This document shows, piece by piece, positions 63,022 to 64,000 of a stretch of 64,000 bases of DNA. The notes beneath the pieces are model-generated. The model saw nothing but the letters and a program-made list of their open reading frames with translations. It did no database searches and was not told where the DNA came from. This stretch comes from Eukaryota sp. GEM-RC1 (lineage: Eukaryota). The DNA lies in assembly GCA_040285855.1 (NCBI GenBank), contig JAUFOQ010000018.1, positions 310,001-374,000 on the forward strand, in the 5' to 3' direction. The position numbers and the translations under genes are program-made. Position 1 is the stretch's first letter. The number at the start of each line of letters is the position of its first letter.

Positions 63022-64000
63022 AGAGTCAACAAATTAGATTTGGTTCTCAGATTAGGTATGCTAATGAGCAGCACTGGTATTCTATTTATCATGGGTTTTT
63101 ATTCTGGCCAATTATTTTAATTCTCCAATTCTTGTTAATGAACTCTATGCGGGTTCTAGAAAAGCTTTCGCTTCAGTGGAACCTCACTGTTTCTCTTTTG
63201 ATTTCTATAATACTCTTACTTGGAATTATTCCCCTTTTCTTTCCTTTTGGTTTGTCCTTTCTCTTTCAAGATCCATTGTTGAATCCAAAGATTCCAGATT
63301 CTCTCCGTCATTTGTCAATCAATGTATTGAGAAAGGGTTTAATGAAGTTTCTTCCGTCCAGTTACAGTTCGAGTATATTGGTAACGTTTCGGAACTTTTT
63401 GTATTGTCAAAGTCTTTGCGAATTCTCAGGTATCTTGCACCACAGTTGTTTAATGAAAGACTTGGAATGGACTTAAAAGTGTCTGCATTTGACAAAATTT
63501 CAAAAACTGTTGTTTTATTCAATGTCTATGAGTTGGAGCTTTTTTGCCTTTCAATCTCAGATGTCCCACGCAGAGTTAATCTTTTTCTCCTCATTTATTT
63601 GTCGTATTTTCGCAATAATTCAAAACATCTTTCTTATTGGCAAAAAACAGTGTTACCACAACTTTCTATTAAAAACAACAAAGTATCAACAAATGAGAAT
63701 ATTGATTTAATTAAAGCTCTTGTTTTGAAATTAGATTTATCATGGTCTCAATTAATTCCTATTTTTGGCGTTCTTCATCAATGTCATCACACAAAGTTTC
63801 ATCAATTTGCCACGTGGCTCATCGAGGAAGACGTTCATCCTGAAGTTTTATACGAACAATATCCTGAAGCATTTAGTTTCGCTCTCAGTGCAATACTTGT
63901 GGCCGCTCTGGCCAAGAAAACTACCTTTAAACTACCTTTAGGTTTAGATTCAGCGATGGTACCAACAACCACAATGCCAAATTTTAGATTCAATTGTGGA

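Noticed and set aside
1..64000. Alternative genetic code (TAA/TAG read as Gln, or TGA as Trp)
   Set aside because: Long intact genes contain no in-frame stops and end in TAA, TAG and TGA. Internal stops occur only in decayed elements.

Overview
AT-rich eukaryotic (protist-type) DNA. It uses the standard genetic code, has tiny 28-31 nt GTATG...AG introns, and contains TTAGGG telomere-type repeats. A free-living metamonad is a guess only. About half the window is transposon debris: many CRE-clade (RT + restriction-like endonuclease) non-LTR retrotransposons, one decayed Ty3/gypsy element with short LTRs, hAT elements with 8-bp TSDs and TA-flanked Tc1/mariner-type MITEs. At 1-12.5 kb these form a five-layer nest whose innermost layer is an in-frame (CCCTAA)9 insertion. 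The host genes are a GNL1-like GTPase, a PH-like/Gly-rich protein, a coiled-coil protein, a double-BTB protein, three RING-kinase paralogues with amphipathic 11/22-mer tails, and a cluster of atypical Hsp70-superfamily genes. The best candidate for an undescribed system is the Hsp70 cluster. It holds two head-to-head pairs, 54 and 120 bp between ATGs, each joining a catalytically intact but lid-less Hsp70 to a degenerate Hsp110/Grp170-like NBD fused to a CC2D1/Lgd-like C2 domain. The pairs lie in an inverted duplication with homogenised cores and hypervariable ends. Several host genes carry single-base frameshifts at homopolymers, most likely long-read assembly errors. All domain calls are from motif recognition by eye; no database search was run.
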